64,000 bases of DNA from Promethearchaeota archaeon (GTDB taxonomy: Archaea; Asgardarchaeota; Lokiarchaeia; Sigyniarchaeales; SOKP01): assembly GCA_019058445.1 (NCBI GenBank), contig JAHPZA010000004.1:128001-192000 (forward strand). The letters run 5' to 3'. The translations under genes and the position numbers were made by a program. The stretch's first letter is position 1. Each line of letters starts with the position of its first letter. The notes under the pieces are model-generated. The model searched no databases. It had not been told where the DNA came from and was given only the letters and a program-made list of their open reading frames with translations. Of the stretch, positions 1-10,767 are shown in pieces.

Positions 1-1257
1 AATTTTGTTGTAATCTAAGGAAATATTTTTAAGAAACGGAAGCTGTTCAATACCATTAATTTCAGTTATCTCGTTAGAACTAAGATCAACAGCTTCTATA
101 TTGGTGAAATGAGACAATCCTTTAATCTCTTTAATTTTATTAAAACCAAGATTTAACTTCTTAAGATTCAAAAGATTTTCCAGTCCTTTAATCTCAGTAA
201 TCTCATTAAACATAAGGTTTAATTCTTCTAAATTAACTAAGGAATCCAGCCCCTTAATTTCTGTAATTAACCCCTTATGTTCGTTTTCTCCAATAGGATT
301 AAAATATAACACTTTGAGTTTGACAAGATTCTCAAGATCTTTGATTTCAGTAATGGGATTCCCGCCAAGATATAATTCCTCAAGATTTCGGAGGTTTTCA
401 AGCCCTTTAATCTCAGTTATCTTGTTACATTCAAGGTTTAAAGTTTTTAGCTTTATCAAATCATCCAATCCTTTAATTTCTGTAATGTGAGTGAAGTTGA
501 TTTGTAATTCCTCCAAATTAACCAATTTATCAAGCCCTTGTATTTCCGAAATGTCTGATATAGCCGAATCTTCAATTCTAAGTACTGTTAAACTTGTTAA
601 TTCCCCTATTCCAGTGAATACTCCATCTCCTCCAATTTCCCGCATACTCAAAGCTTCTAAATTTTTAAAGGTGGTTAAATACGGCTGAATACGCTGAAAA
701 TTTTCTATAAAAAGCACAGTAAATGCGATAGCGCTAACGTGCCCATTTTCTGTCGAATATTCGAAATCAATGCTCCCTTTTTCGTTCCCGTACTTACATA
801 TACACTCAATTTTAAGTAATAATACTGCTTCTTCAGGATCTACTCCATATCTCCTCTCAAGTTCATTACTGAGCTGAGTTTTTAAATTTTCATGGTCTTG
901 GTTGTTTGATGCTTCGAGCATACTTAGAATTGTATTTAGAATAAGTGCGGAATCTTCACGCTCTATTACCCATTTCAATGGTTTCACGTATCGATTTGGA
1001 AACCTGGAAATCAATACCTTGACTGCCGCATTTCTCACATGAGCGTTTGTATCAGAAATCATCAAGTTTTCTAGAAAGTCATACATACCACTCTCCCGAA
1101 GATCTAACTGGCTCAACATTTCGACGCTCCTAATTCTATTTACCTTGTTTGGATCGTGTTCTACAATCCATTTTAATGACTGGCATACCGAACTTTTGTC
1201 CATTGTACCGTTAGCTAATTGCCTCTGAATTTCTTCTTCGGTTAAGTTTAATTTCAC
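1..1257 (-). CDS. Leucine-rich repeat protein with N-terminal HEAT-like region (3' end outside window)
   Basis: Absent from the ORF track. Manual translation from GTG at 1257 gives MKLNLTEEEIQRQ...LENLMISDTNAHVRNAAVKVL, and the window edge reads INGIEQLPFLKNISLDYNKI (LRR unit) in the same frame. Confidence 0.85.
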   Translation of the reverse strand, partial: MKLNLTEEEIQRQLANGTMDKSSVCQSLKWIVEHDPNKVNRIRSVEMLSQLDLRESGMYDFLENLMISDTNAHVRNAAVKVLISRFPNRYVKPLKWVIEREDSALILNTILSMLEASNNQDHENLKTQLSNELERRYGVDPEEAVLLLKIECICKYGNEKGSIDFEYSTENGHVSAIAFTVLFIENFQRIQPYLTTFKNLEALSMREIGGDGVFTGIGELTSLTVLRIEDSAISDISEIQGLDKLVNLEELQINFTHITEIKGLDDLIKLKTLNLECNKITEIKGLENLRNLEELYLGGNPITEIKDLENLVKLKVLYFNPIGENEHKGLITEIKGLDSLVNLEELNLMFNEITEIKGLENLLNLKKLNLGFNKIKEIKGLSHFTNIEAVDLSSNEITEINGIEQLPFLKNISLDYNKI

Positions 1258-1499
1258 ATAATATTAATAGAAATTTATCTATTTAAACTTTTATAAAATC
1301 AAATTGGCTAAAATTTCAGGCGTTCAAAGTTGATTTTAGCGAGATTATTTAACCTTTTTGACTCTCTCATGAAACCATTTAAAAACAAAATAAGTTTAGG
1401 TATTTTTTCAAAAAAAATTTTAATTTCTAAAAAAAATGGATCCTTCGCTGTTTTTCCAAAAAAAATATTTGCAAAATGGTTATACCCAATTCTATAAAA

Positions 1500-1970
1500 C
1501 TAGTAACCGGATTTCTTTCCCGTCATTTTTTCAAGCTCAACTCTAATGATCACAATTCTTTTTAGAGAATTATCAGTGTACTCATGTGGAACATCTGGAA
1601 AGTAATGTCCCATTATAATGTTTAATGCTTTGATTTTTTCTTCATAATCATCAATAATATATGCTTTTCCGTAGCCAATTACACTACAATACTTCATAGA
1701 AGTAGTACATGCTGATTTTCCTCGTAAAATTTCATGTTCAATATCCATTTCAAAACATACATTATTGTTTTTTTTGATTATTTCAATTTTATATCCCTCT
1801 GCGGCTGAATGAATATATAAGCAATTATCTTTATACCCGAAATTCACAGGAACGATGTAAGGCATATTATTATTGGATAAAGCAATTCTACATACTTGAG
1901 CTTCGTTTAATATCATTTCAATTTCTTTTTTATCTTTGATTTCTTTATCTTTTCTTCTCATATTTATCAA
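1500..1970 (-). CDS. Pyridoxamine 5'-phosphate oxidase-like / NimA family flavin-binding protein
   Basis: MRRKDKEI start, PYIVPVNFGY, YIHSA-x-EG-x-K, VCFE, SVIGYG, TGK end. Confidence 0.85.
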   Translation of the reverse strand: MINMRRKDKEIKDKKEIEMILNEAQVCRIALSNNNMPYIVPVNFGYKDNCLYIHSAAEGYKIEIIKKNNNVCFEMDIEHEILRGKSACTTSMKYCSVIGYGKAYIIDDYEEKIKALNIIMGHYFPDVPHEYTDNSLKRIVIIRVELEKMTGKKSGY

Positions 1971-2013
1971 AGTTTAATTAAATCTATTTTAATTTAAAAA
2001 ATTCTTGAATATT

Positions 2014-2862
2014 TTAAATTTTATTTTGATTATGAAGATAAAACCATTTATAAAGCAATATTGTAATAACTGCAGCAGCCCCAGTTGAGAATAGCACATC
2101 AGAGGCATAATGAGCACCAATAATGACTCGAGAGATTGCTACAAACAAACCCCATCCTATAACAAGTGCCGTAGTAGTTATTCTTGTTGGATCTTTCCAT
2201 TCTTTATCTTTAACCAAAATTAATAAGGGTAAGAGCATCCATCCCCGTGCTGCATGTCCACTGGGAAAACTATGATTATTTAAATCAGGACCAGGAGGCA
2301 AATACCACGGAGTATAATTCGAGAAATTTGAATTTAAATCCCCGAATCTAACTCTCCCACATAAATATTTTGTAATATCAACAGAAAATATGAGAATTGT
2401 AGCTAATAGGAGAGTAACAATCGATATTATAGTATATTCTCTCCAATCTTTTTTACATGTAAGAATCGAAAATACCAGCAATCCTAAAATAATATAAAGA
2501 TTTAAAATAAGATATAGCTCTTCTCGATAAATATTTTTCTTTATCTCAGTGAACAATTCCATTATAAATAAGCTTATTGAAACACCAACGATTTTCTGAT
2601 ATTTCAATTCTTCAAAATATCCACCAATAAGTATGGCTAATGATATTGATATGAAAGTATATGCTGGTAAATATGCGTAATCTTTTCCTATTTTTCCCCA
2701 TATAGAGTTAGTATTTACAATCGCTTTGGAAATTTCTAAATCTGTAAACCCGAAAATAACTGATAAAATAATCCAAGGAATTATAACAAGGATTAATAAT
2801 TTAATTGTAATGGATTCTTTAATATTATCATATAAATTCATTTTTTTTTTGGTTTTTTTCAT
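2014..2862 (-). CDS. PAP2-family membrane phosphatase
   Basis: KYLCGRVR, SFPSGH and SRVIIGAHYASDV motifs; several TM segments. Confidence 0.9.
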   Translation of the reverse strand: MKKTKKKMNLYDNIKESITIKLLILVIIPWIILSVIFGFTDLEISKAIVNTNSIWGKIGKDYAYLPAYTFISISLAILIGGYFEELKYQKIVGVSISLFIMELFTEIKKNIYREELYLILNLYIILGLLVFSILTCKKDWREYTIISIVTLLLATILIFSVDITKYLCGRVRFGDLNSNFSNYTPWYLPPGPDLNNHSFPSGHAARGWMLLPLLILVKDKEWKDPTRITTTALVIGWGLFVAISRVIIGAHYASDVLFSTGAAAVITILLYKWFYLHNQNKI

Positions 2863-2927
2863 TCGTTACTTAGCTCTTAAAATATGAAAGTAAAATTATT
2901 AACTTTTTCTAATACAAGTAAGATTTT

Positions 2928-3180
2928 TCATACTAATACCAAAGCTATTAATAAGGCACCTTGAATTTCAGTTAATTTACCTACTCTAGAAGTATCTATA
3001 AATTATTGATTGATATTCATAGAGATTACGCCATATGCATTGCCCCCACCCAAATGAACAAAAGTTCTGTGTATTAGATCTCCAGAAATTCAATCAGGAG
3101 CAATAATTAAATTCGATTTATTTTTAATAACTTTTTCTATAAGAATCTCATCATAGTTAATCTTTAAATTCAGATGTCCT
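2928..3180 (-). pseudogene. Decayed copy of the 3' part of an mtxX-like gene
   Basis: Reads GHLNLKINYDEILIEKVIKNKSNLIIAPD*ISGDLIHRTFVHLGGGNAYGVISMNINQ*FIDTSRVGKLTEIQGALLIALVLV*. It is colinear with the C-terminus of 3239..4108 and has two internal stops. Confidence 0.9.
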
Positions 3181-3238
3181 TATCTTTTCGCCTCATATTA
3201 TATCACAATTTATTAAAAGCAAATGAATATATTATAAT

Positions 3239-4108
3239 TTATGAGGATATTAAAGCAAGTGCTAATATTAAAGCACCATAAATTTCGCTTAAATTACCAA
3301 CTCGAGAAGTATCGATAATTACCTTCTGGAGATCCATATAAATTGCGCCATATGCTTTACCACCGCCTAAATGAACGAGAGTACGATAAATTAAGTTTCC
3401 CGAGATACCATCAGGTGCAATAATTAGATTCGATTGATTGGCAATTGCATTTTCTATTAAAATTTCATCATGCCTTATTCTCAAAGTTGGATGTTCTTTT
3501 TGAAGATAGTTAACTACTTCTTCTGCGATATTTATGGTTTTATCAACTATTGCATCTCTTCCAATATCTCCTAATCTGCCGCCGCTAAGAATACTAATTT
3601 GAGGTTCTATTTTCAACGATTTAATTTGTTTAATCGCTTTATTCACAAAATCAATTTTACTCTCGATATCTTTGCATTCGTCAATTCCAACGGGCCCATA
3701 GAAAAATTGGAATCCTTTATATGTTTCCAGTAAAGCTAATCGATTTATTTTAGAGATATTAAACAAATCTTTGATATTCTTTAAAAACTTACTTGAGCTA
3801 AAATTACCCCGCACAATAGCATGAATTATGCTATTTTTTAGAAAATTGAATATTTCTTTTTCTGGGGCATTAGATTTGACTAATTCTATTCTTTTTGAAT
3901 TATTATTATATTCTTTGTTATTTTCGATTGATTCTATTGCTTTTTCATTACCAAATAAAAAGACTGTTGAATTATATGATTTTATAAATTTAATTGAGGC
4001 CTGTAATAATTTAAAGTTATGTTCTTCTGATTCTGCTAACCCTATCCCAATATTTCCACTCTTTAATTGCGATTTTGATTCGAATAAGTTGAGTAAAGAC
4101 ATACGCAA
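3239..4108 (-). CDS. mtxX: MtxX / methanogenesis marker 4 family (phosphotransacetylase-like fold)
   Basis: AIVRG, PVGIDE, LSGGRLGDIGR, ILIE, IIAPDGISGNLIYRTL, DTSR motifs. Confidence 0.85.
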   Translation of the reverse strand: MRMSLLNLFESKSQLKSGNIGIGLAESEEHNFKLLQASIKFIKSYNSTVFLFGNEKAIESIENNKEYNNNSKRIELVKSNAPEKEIFNFLKNSIIHAIVRGNFSSSKFLKNIKDLFNISKINRLALLETYKGFQFFYGPVGIDECKDIESKIDFVNKAIKQIKSLKIEPQISILSGGRLGDIGRDAIVDKTINIAEEVVNYLQKEHPTLRIRHDEILIENAIANQSNLIIAPDGISGNLIYRTLVHLGGGKAYGAIYMDLQKVIIDTSRVGNLSEIYGALILALALISS

Positions 4109-4143
4109 ACCATGTATTTATCAAAAGTGTTTTTTATAAAAAA

Positions 4144-5181
4144 TTAATAAAATACCATAAATAAAAACGCTATTAAGATCGTTAGAGAATTATAAACACC
4201 GTGCGTAACTGTGACAGCAACCAAATTTTCCTCTCTCCATCGATACAACAATCCCAACATAAGACTAATTGCGAAAAATGGGGCTAATAAATAAATAAAT
4301 AGGATTAAGAACACAAGTGGATTCAAAATATATACTAAAAGTCCAACTAAATGAATTATAGCGAATATAAAAGCGGTTAGAATAAGACCCCAAGTGTCTC
4401 CCAAAGTTCTCGTTAAACCTTTCATCATAAAACCTCGAAAAAGGATCTCTTCACAGGGACCCACAATAAAAATCATAACTAAAATCATCAGAATTAATAT
4501 GAGTACATCCATACCTGTAATAATGACCTCAACATTACCACCTGCTCCCTCACGAATTATTCTTACTCCAAAAGCATATCTTAATAGAAGTTCTATGCCA
4601 AGGCTCGCAGCTACAACCACCAATATTCCTACAAAAGCAAATGCTATACCTATTAAAATCTCTTTGAATACTTGGTTCCTATCATAACCTTTTGTAGTAA
4701 AACCCAATAGAGTCAGTCGATTCTCTAAACTAGGATTTTGTAAATATTTTTTTATATACCATATTGGAATTAAAATTAAGATTAGCTCCGCTAAAGTTGA
4801 TAATACCATAAAAAAAGGGTTTGATATTATACTTCGAACAAGTTCAATATTAGGAAGAATAAGAATAATAGCAATGACGATTCCAAGAATTAGTCCATTC
4901 ATAACAATAAATGCTAATAATGGGAAGCCTATAGATGGCAAATTCCCCCATAATTTTCTTCCTTTTATATGGAGAATTTCATCATCCGAAAGTACAGGCC
5001 CGTATTTATTATAATAAGTAGGGCTCACATAAGTAGGGCGTGCTTGTTGGGGAGGAAGCGCTTTATGTTCTTTCACATACTCTAAATTTATCGCACAGTT
5101 AGGACAAAAATTTAATACTTCAATATCTGGTAATTTTATTCCACAATTTGGACAATAGGTCCATTTTCCTTTATCAGTCAT
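4144..5181 (-). CDS. CPBP (Abi/CAAX) intramembrane metalloprotease with N-terminal double zinc ribbon
   Basis: CPNCG...CPNC N-terminus; EEILFRG, FAIIH and HGVYN motifs. Confidence 0.9.
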   Translation of the reverse strand: MTDKGKWTYCPNCGIKLPDIEVLNFCPNCAINLEYVKEHKALPPQQARPTYVSPTYYNKYGPVLSDDEILHIKGRKLWGNLPSIGFPLLAFIVMNGLILGIVIAIILILPNIELVRSIISNPFFMVLSTLAELILILIPIWYIKKYLQNPSLENRLTLLGFTTKGYDRNQVFKEILIGIAFAFVGILVVVAASLGIELLLRYAFGVRIIREGAGGNVEVIITGMDVLILILMILVMIFIVGPCEEILFRGFMMKGLTRTLGDTWGLILTAFIFAIIHLVGLLVYILNPLVFLILFIYLLAPFFAISLMLGLLYRWREENLVAVTVTHGVYNSLTILIAFLFMVFY

Positions 5182-5322
5182 TTCTATAATATTTGAATAA
5201 ATAAAGATTCAAATAATTTTACATTTCAAATTATAAAGTTATTCTAATTATTAGATTGTAAAGGAAAAAAACACCAAGTCCAAATACCATAAACATATTA
5301 GAACTGAATTATTATTTAGAAA

Positions 5323-7083
5323 TTAATGAGTAAAATAGCAAAATAGCTCATTTCTTTCTAATTTAATAGGATTTACAAATCCATATCGTTCAAATTGGAT
5401 TGGTTTATTAAGCGGAATTTTTAATAGGTTAATTTCACCATTCCCTTTAGATATTGCTCCATCAGGTTTTAAGATTGAAACACTTACATTTTCTTCTTCA
5501 GGAACCCAGTGAATTATAGAATAAGCACGGTCCAATTCTAAACTGTGAAATTCGGCTTCAATTTTATCATTTTTTAGATCCAAAGCTACAATCCTAATGT
5601 TAATTAAGTCCTTAAGGCGAAGGATTTGTTCTTTTTTAAACTTTTTAGCATCTGATAGAGCAATATATAGCTTTAATGTTTTGTCTGTTGTTTTGACATA
5701 TATGATTCTTTTTCCTTTCTCGGGATTTGAAGGCAATAACAAGGGTTCTGCTTTGTATTCTTCAAATGGAACATTATTAATCTCGATTTCTACAGAATTT
5801 TCAACATAAAAATATCTATCTGATACTTCATCAATAATATCTTTATTTTTAGAATATAACCAGTTTACAGAAAAAGAAATGCCAGACATCGACATCCCAA
5901 GATCTAATAAAGTTTCTTTTAAGGCTTCAGGTCTAATCCCCCTTTTAGCTAGAGATTGTAAACTCCAGGTTCTGGGATCATCCCAACCATCATAATTACC
6001 ATTTTGGATATTATTTCTTGCTTGAGTCTTACTTAATTTCATATCGGGAAAATTTATTCTTCCATAATGCAAAAATTCCGCTTTTTTCCATTTGAAATGA
6101 TCCCATATGAAATCTTCGATAAAATCTTCCTTAATTAAATCAGAACCTCTAAGAATATGTGTGACGCCAATAAGATAATCATCTATAGCCCATGAAAATT
6201 CGAGCATAGGCCATACAATATATTTTTTGCCTACTCTCGGATGCTCCGCTTCCGAAATCCGCATAATAATTTGATCTCTTAATGCGGGATCTTTTTGATC
6301 CATTCCGGTTTTTAGCCGCACTACAACCTCAGTTTCATGGTATTTCCCATTGAGCATGTTATTCCATTCTTCCATGTTTATTTTAATTGTTTGGTCTCTA
6401 TGCGGACAATTTTTCTTTTTATTTTTATAATTATCCCGAAACTCATCAGCCGAACAAAAACAAACATACGCAATGTTATCCTTGATTAGTTTCTCACAAT
6501 ATTCATAAAAAATTTCTAATCTATCACTCTTATAATAAGTTTTTGATATCTCTATTCCAAACCAATCTAAACCCTCCCTTATTAAATCATAGGCTTCAGG
6601 AAGTACATACTTCGCTTTTGGACTGTCACGTAATGATTTTGGGCTCCCAATCGTATCATCATAAAACAAAATCAGCTCTCCACTGTGTTTTTTTATGTAT
6701 TCATCATTTAATGCAATCATTCTGGCATTCCCAATATGTAATGCCCCACTGGGATAAGGAGCAAGTCTCATTACAATCTTATCATACTTATCCGCGTTAG
6801 GTAACTCCGGAAGTCCTTTCTTTACTTCTTCAGAGTCTTTTTTCTCAAAAGCCATAGGATCTAATTGTAATAATTTCTCTTTTTGTTCCTCGATATTTAA
6901 TTTAGAAATTTCTACAATAACTTGATCTAAAAGGGGTATAATAACTTTGGCTTGAGCCCGTAGCTCCTTTTTCTCAGCCATGAGTTTACCCATAACCGCT
7001 TTTTTATTCGGTTTTCCATTAAATTCTACCGCATTTTTCAATCCATGGATCCATAGAATTTTTTTAATCTCATCATCTTCCAT
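5323..7083 (-). CDS. gltX: Glutamyl-tRNA synthetase, archaeal type
   Basis: RLAPYPSGALHIGN (HIGH), THILRG, KLSK, GWDDPR, QFERYGF; archaeal N-terminal extension. Confidence 0.96.
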   Translation of the reverse strand: MEDDEIKKILWIHGLKNAVEFNGKPNKKAVMGKLMAEKKELRAQAKVIIPLLDQVIVEISKLNIEEQKEKLLQLDPMAFEKKDSEEVKKGLPELPNADKYDKIVMRLAPYPSGALHIGNARMIALNDEYIKKHSGELILFYDDTIGSPKSLRDSPKAKYVLPEAYDLIREGLDWFGIEISKTYYKSDRLEIFYEYCEKLIKDNIAYVCFCSADEFRDNYKNKKKNCPHRDQTIKINMEEWNNMLNGKYHETEVVVRLKTGMDQKDPALRDQIIMRISEAEHPRVGKKYIVWPMLEFSWAIDDYLIGVTHILRGSDLIKEDFIEDFIWDHFKWKKAEFLHYGRINFPDMKLSKTQARNNIQNGNYDGWDDPRTWSLQSLAKRGIRPEALKETLLDLGMSMSGISFSVNWLYSKNKDIIDEVSDRYFYVENSVEIEINNVPFEEYKAEPLLLPSNPEKGKRIIYVKTTDKTLKLYIALSDAKKFKKEQILRLKDLINIRIVALDLKNDKIEAEFHSLELDRAYSIIHWVPEEENVSVSILKPDGAISKGNGEINLLKIPLNKPIQFERYGFVNPIKLERNELFCYFTH

Positions 7084-7238
7084 ATCTTAGACTCAACACA
7101 CTAGATCTTTTTTAGAGATAGTTTTAAACAATATAAATAATAATACTTATCAAAAAAAATAAATCGTTATTAAAAACTCTTAAATATTAGGAAAAAAATC
7201 AAATTATAATATTAAATCTTGATATAGTTTTAGGTGGT

Positions 7239-7529
7239 TTGAAAATGTATTATCGTGGATATATTTTAATGAGGATGCGAATTATTGGGAAAGAATGGGA
7301 CGTTGTTAATAAATTGAAAGGATTAAAGTCTACAGAAGAGGGTGAAGATTGGAAGATTACTTATGGTACTCCTGTTTATGGAGGATGGGATGCAATAGTA
7401 GAGTGTTGTTTTAGTAAGCTTGCAGATCTAGATAAAATAGTAACTTATTGCCGGGTTGATGAAGAACTTTCTTCCTGGATTGAAGAAACAACCACTTTAA
7501 TGGGCGGTAAGGCAGACTTCCCTGGTTAG
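7239..7529 (+). CDS. Small Lrp/AsnC ligand-binding-domain-like protein
   Basis: GKEWDVVNKL...VYGGWDAIVE...IEETTTL resembles a stand-alone RAM domain. Confidence 0.6.
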   Translation: MKMYYRGYILMRMRIIGKEWDVVNKLKGLKSTEEGEDWKITYGTPVYGGWDAIVECCFSKLADLDKIVTYCRVDEELSSWIEETTTLMGGKADFPG

Positions 7530-7610
7530 TTTTAGATAAACATTTCTTAAGGTAATTATATTCTTTATTTTTTTAGTTAAAAAAGAAATTAAAAACTAAA
7601 TGTTTATAAC

Positions 7611-8327
7611 TCATTTAGTTTCCTTTAGAAATATTTTTTTCATCCACTCAGGTAATATAAATGCTCCATATACCAAAAATACGCTTGGTATAAAAAAGAT
7701 TAATGGCAGAAAAGCAATCCCTGTAATAACAAATAAAATTGCTCCAGTTATGAATAATATTAAACCAATTATGAAAAGAGTCCCCTTTAATTTAATTTCT
7801 GGATTATCAGATTTATGTGATTCGCGATAAAATAAGATCCCCGAAAAGAATAAGATAACTAATATTATAAGGGACCGAATTGCTAAGAATGGTCCCAACA
7901 CAGGAGTAAGAGGTCTACTAAATACACCAAGCAGTGAAGTATCAGAAAATAAGAAGATGAAGAATATTATTTCCATAATTACCCAATAAATTGCGTATAT
8001 TGATATAATTACTTTTTGCTTATCTTTATACATAAGTTCAGTGATTAATATGAGCCAAAACACAATGCCTAAAGGAAACCCATATCCTATTAAAAAATAT
8101 ACCATTGGTGTAATAGTATTACCAGTTAAAAGAATAGAAAGATAAGTTATTGAGATCGCTAACCACATATTACCCATAAATGGAATCGCAATACCTAAAT
8201 ACAGGATTTTTTTTTCTTTTAATCGAAAATATTTAGAGATTAAGTTTAATCCTATGAAATAGAATGTGATTACTATAAAAATAGCAAAGATACCGTTTAA
8301 GAATTCGATTTGTGTTAATTCCACCAT
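7611..8327 (-). CDS. Multi-pass membrane protein of unknown function
   Basis: About 7 hydrophobic segments, C-terminal FILPEW. Confidence 0.7.
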   Translation of the reverse strand: MVELTQIEFLNGIFAIFIVITFYFIGLNLISKYFRLKEKKILYLGIAIPFMGNMWLAISITYLSILLTGNTITPMVYFLIGYGFPLGIVFWLILITELMYKDKQKVIISIYAIYWVIMEIIFFIFLFSDTSLLGVFSRPLTPVLGPFLAIRSLIILVILFFSGILFYRESHKSDNPEIKLKGTLFIIGLILFITGAILFVITGIAFLPLIFFIPSVFLVYGAFILPEWMKKIFLKETK

Positions 8328-8400
8328 GTTTTTTCGATCACTTAATTTTGATTGATTTCTTGTATATATATTATGAGTTATAGTCTGGTTTTTTAAATTT

Positions 8401-9261
8401 TTATTTTTTGGTCAATCGTCCCTTTTTGTGCCTTTTATGTTGCCTTTTAAGAAATCTAAAAGCAGGAGGGCCCATCCCATCTGGTAAATCTATGAGCATA
8501 AACTTCGAGGGCATTCCCATATTGAATTTATCAGCACTTTTAAATAAATTTTCCATTATATAAAATAATTTTTTAGAGGGAAATCCAATTGCCATCTCAT
8601 CTTCAGTGGTCATCGATAAGGTTCTATCTCCCGTTCCAGGTAAAACAACGTGAGTTTCATTAGAAATATAAGGAATTAATACTCCTTTGATACACGATTC
8701 TCCATAGCCAAGGAAAAATTGGTCTTTTACAAGATTTCTACCCTCATATTCTAAGGCGTGTATGATATGAGTTATTTGAGCAGGGCTCCCATAGCAGAGG
8801 ATTACATCTGGTTTAATATTGGTTTTGTTCAATGGAGATATAATAAAACCTATATTTCCTTTTATTTTTTCCATGGATTCCTTATTTAAGTATTTTCCAA
8901 ACAGGAGTTGAATGGATAATTCAGCACTAGGTCCGCTATGATATTTTGAAATTATCTGCGATTTCAGAATTTCTTTACCCGGCATGTAATCCCATCCGTG
9001 AACAAAACTACTAGTAATGCAGTGATTGTCTTCAAAGGTCATGACCACTGTGCGACCCCATCTTCGGGCCATGGTAAACGCTTGACATAATGCAAATTTT
9101 TGTTGTATTTTTGAGGGTTGTATGATTCCAGTTTCTTCTGGAATTTCTGACTCATCCTTAAAATATTTGATTGCAAGAGGGAACGTTAATAACCGCAATT
9201 TATCATATAATTTTTGACCCTCTTTCTGATAATCTTCTAATTGGTATTTTGAACTTGACAT
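8401..9261 (-). CDS. DUF169 family protein
   Basis: LxTFPLAIK, CQAFTMARR, GESC, PGTGDR, EDEMAIG; paralog of 9893 and 15540. Confidence 0.85.
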   Translation of the reverse strand: MSSSKYQLEDYQKEGQKLYDKLRLLTFPLAIKYFKDESEIPEETGIIQPSKIQQKFALCQAFTMARRWGRTVVMTFEDNHCITSSFVHGWDYMPGKEILKSQIISKYHSGPSAELSIQLLFGKYLNKESMEKIKGNIGFIISPLNKTNIKPDVILCYGSPAQITHIIHALEYEGRNLVKDQFFLGYGESCIKGVLIPYISNETHVVLPGTGDRTLSMTTEDEMAIGFPSKKLFYIMENLFKSADKFNMGMPSKFMLIDLPDGMGPPAFRFLKRQHKRHKKGRLTKK

Positions 9262-9306
9262 CTTATCTCTCTCAAATTTCTTTAAAAATAAAAAAAAATT
9301 AGTTAA

Positions 9307-9825
9307 TTATTTATTTAATAAGGATTTAGCAAATTCTTTAGCTCTTTCAAGATCTTTATCATCAGGGCGTCCTTTAATTTTTTCCATATGCTCTTCGGCT
9401 TTTTTTTTTTGTTCAGCAGGAAGCTTAGATAACATCTCTATTTGCTTTTCTTGAGGTATTCCAATATTTTCTCCTATACAGTCAAATTCGCCTAAAACTA
9501 CTGAATTGTTTTTTTCAATTTTTTTTCCAATTCTACTAAAAGCCTTTTGATAAGCTGTTGGACTAGCATGAGTATTAAAAAAAGCAAATTTAGGAGCAAA
9601 TTCGGTGACTTTACTCATAAGATCTTTCATAGTTTTCCCAATAGCACCTCCATAGATGCCAGACCCTAAAAAGACAAGATCGTATGATTTTAGGCTTGAA
9701 GGATCAACCTCTTTAGCGGGTAGTATTGAGACATCTTGTCCCTCTTCAACTAATCCCTCTTTCATGCTTTTCGCAACCTTTTCAGTATTTCCGGTACCCG
9801 AATGATACGCAATCAAAATTTTCAT
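9307..9825 (-). CDS. Flavodoxin family protein
   Basis: YHSGTGNTEKVA, LGSGIY, GEFDC. Confidence 0.92.
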   Translation of the reverse strand: MKILIAYHSGTGNTEKVAKSMKEGLVEEGQDVSILPAKEVDPSSLKSYDLVFLGSGIYGGAIGKTMKDLMSKVTEFAPKFAFFNTHASPTAYQKAFSRIGKKIEKNNSVVLGEFDCIGENIGIPQEKQIEMLSKLPAEQKKKAEEHMEKIKGRPDDKDLERAKEFAKSLLNK

Positions 9826-9892
9826 ATTTTACACTTTTTTTTATATTTTTTTTATCTCTAATTAAGGGTATATTTTTTGATAAGATTTTTCT

Positions 9893-10714
9893 TTATTTTT
9901 TTATTCGTTTTCTTAAAAACGGCCAAACCGGCGCTTCTGCAGGTTTTCCAAATATGGAAATCGGACCCAATGAAGCATTTAAATGAGGTATTCCAAATGC
10001 CTGGGTTGGAAGTTTACCTCCAGCTTTAAATAAATTATTTAGAACATGTTCAAATTTGCTTTCCAGAATAGAAAATAACATCTCATCATTTTGAACACCT
10101 CCCATTACTCGATCCCCCATACCTGGGCAGACTACTTGACACTGATTAGTTTTATAAGTTCTAACAATACCTTCTTTGCAAGAAGCTTCCATTCCATTGA
10201 AAGTACTATTAATATATTCCCCATCATATGTGGCAGCTAATATTAAATGTGAGAGTATAAGTGGTGGACAATAAATCATAACCAGATGGGGTTTAACAAT
10301 AGTAAGGTTTAAAGGTGATACAATTATACCTTTAATTTCTCCAAAATTCAAAAGAGTGTCTACTTCACGAGATTGTTTCTCTGCTGATATATCTCTTTTG
10401 TACCCTGCTTTTTTGGCCCATGCTACAAAAACATCATCTGGATTTTTGGTCTCCTCAAGACCAAAATATAATATAGATGCTGGCTTACATGCGATATCAT
10501 TACCCGTTAAAAAAAATGAGAATCCAGAGCGTCTACACCAAGTATAAGTTAAACAGGCAGGAACTTCAGAACCAAAAACCTCGTGAGGTCTGAGAGCGTT
10601 TGAAGTAACCTCCTCATCTGGTGCAACTAACCTTATAGCCACAGGATAAGTGAGGAGTTTTAAATTATCTATGAAATCCTGCCCAATTTTTTTATATCTT
10701 TCAAGATCTTCCAA
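9893..10714 (-). CDS. DUF169 family protein
   Basis: LLTYPVAIR, EASC, CPGMGDR, QNDEM. Confidence 0.85.
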   Translation of the reverse strand: MEDLERYKKIGQDFIDNLKLLTYPVAIRLVAPDEEVTSNALRPHEVFGSEVPACLTYTWCRRSGFSFFLTGNDIACKPASILYFGLEETKNPDDVFVAWAKKAGYKRDISAEKQSREVDTLLNFGEIKGIIVSPLNLTIVKPHLVMIYCPPLILSHLILAATYDGEYINSTFNGMEASCKEGIVRTYKTNQCQVVCPGMGDRVMGGVQNDEMLFSILESKFEHVLNNLFKAGGKLPTQAFGIPHLNASLGPISIFGKPAEAPVWPFLRKRIKK

Positions 10715-10767
10715 TAATTTTCATCTCATTTTTATTAATTTTTAAATAAGATTTAACACAGAGGGAT

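Noticed and set aside
3085-3100. In-frame TGA in the mtxX fragment as possible selenocysteine
   Set aside because: It aligns to Gly rather than Cys, a second stop (TAA) follows, and the fragment has no 5' part.
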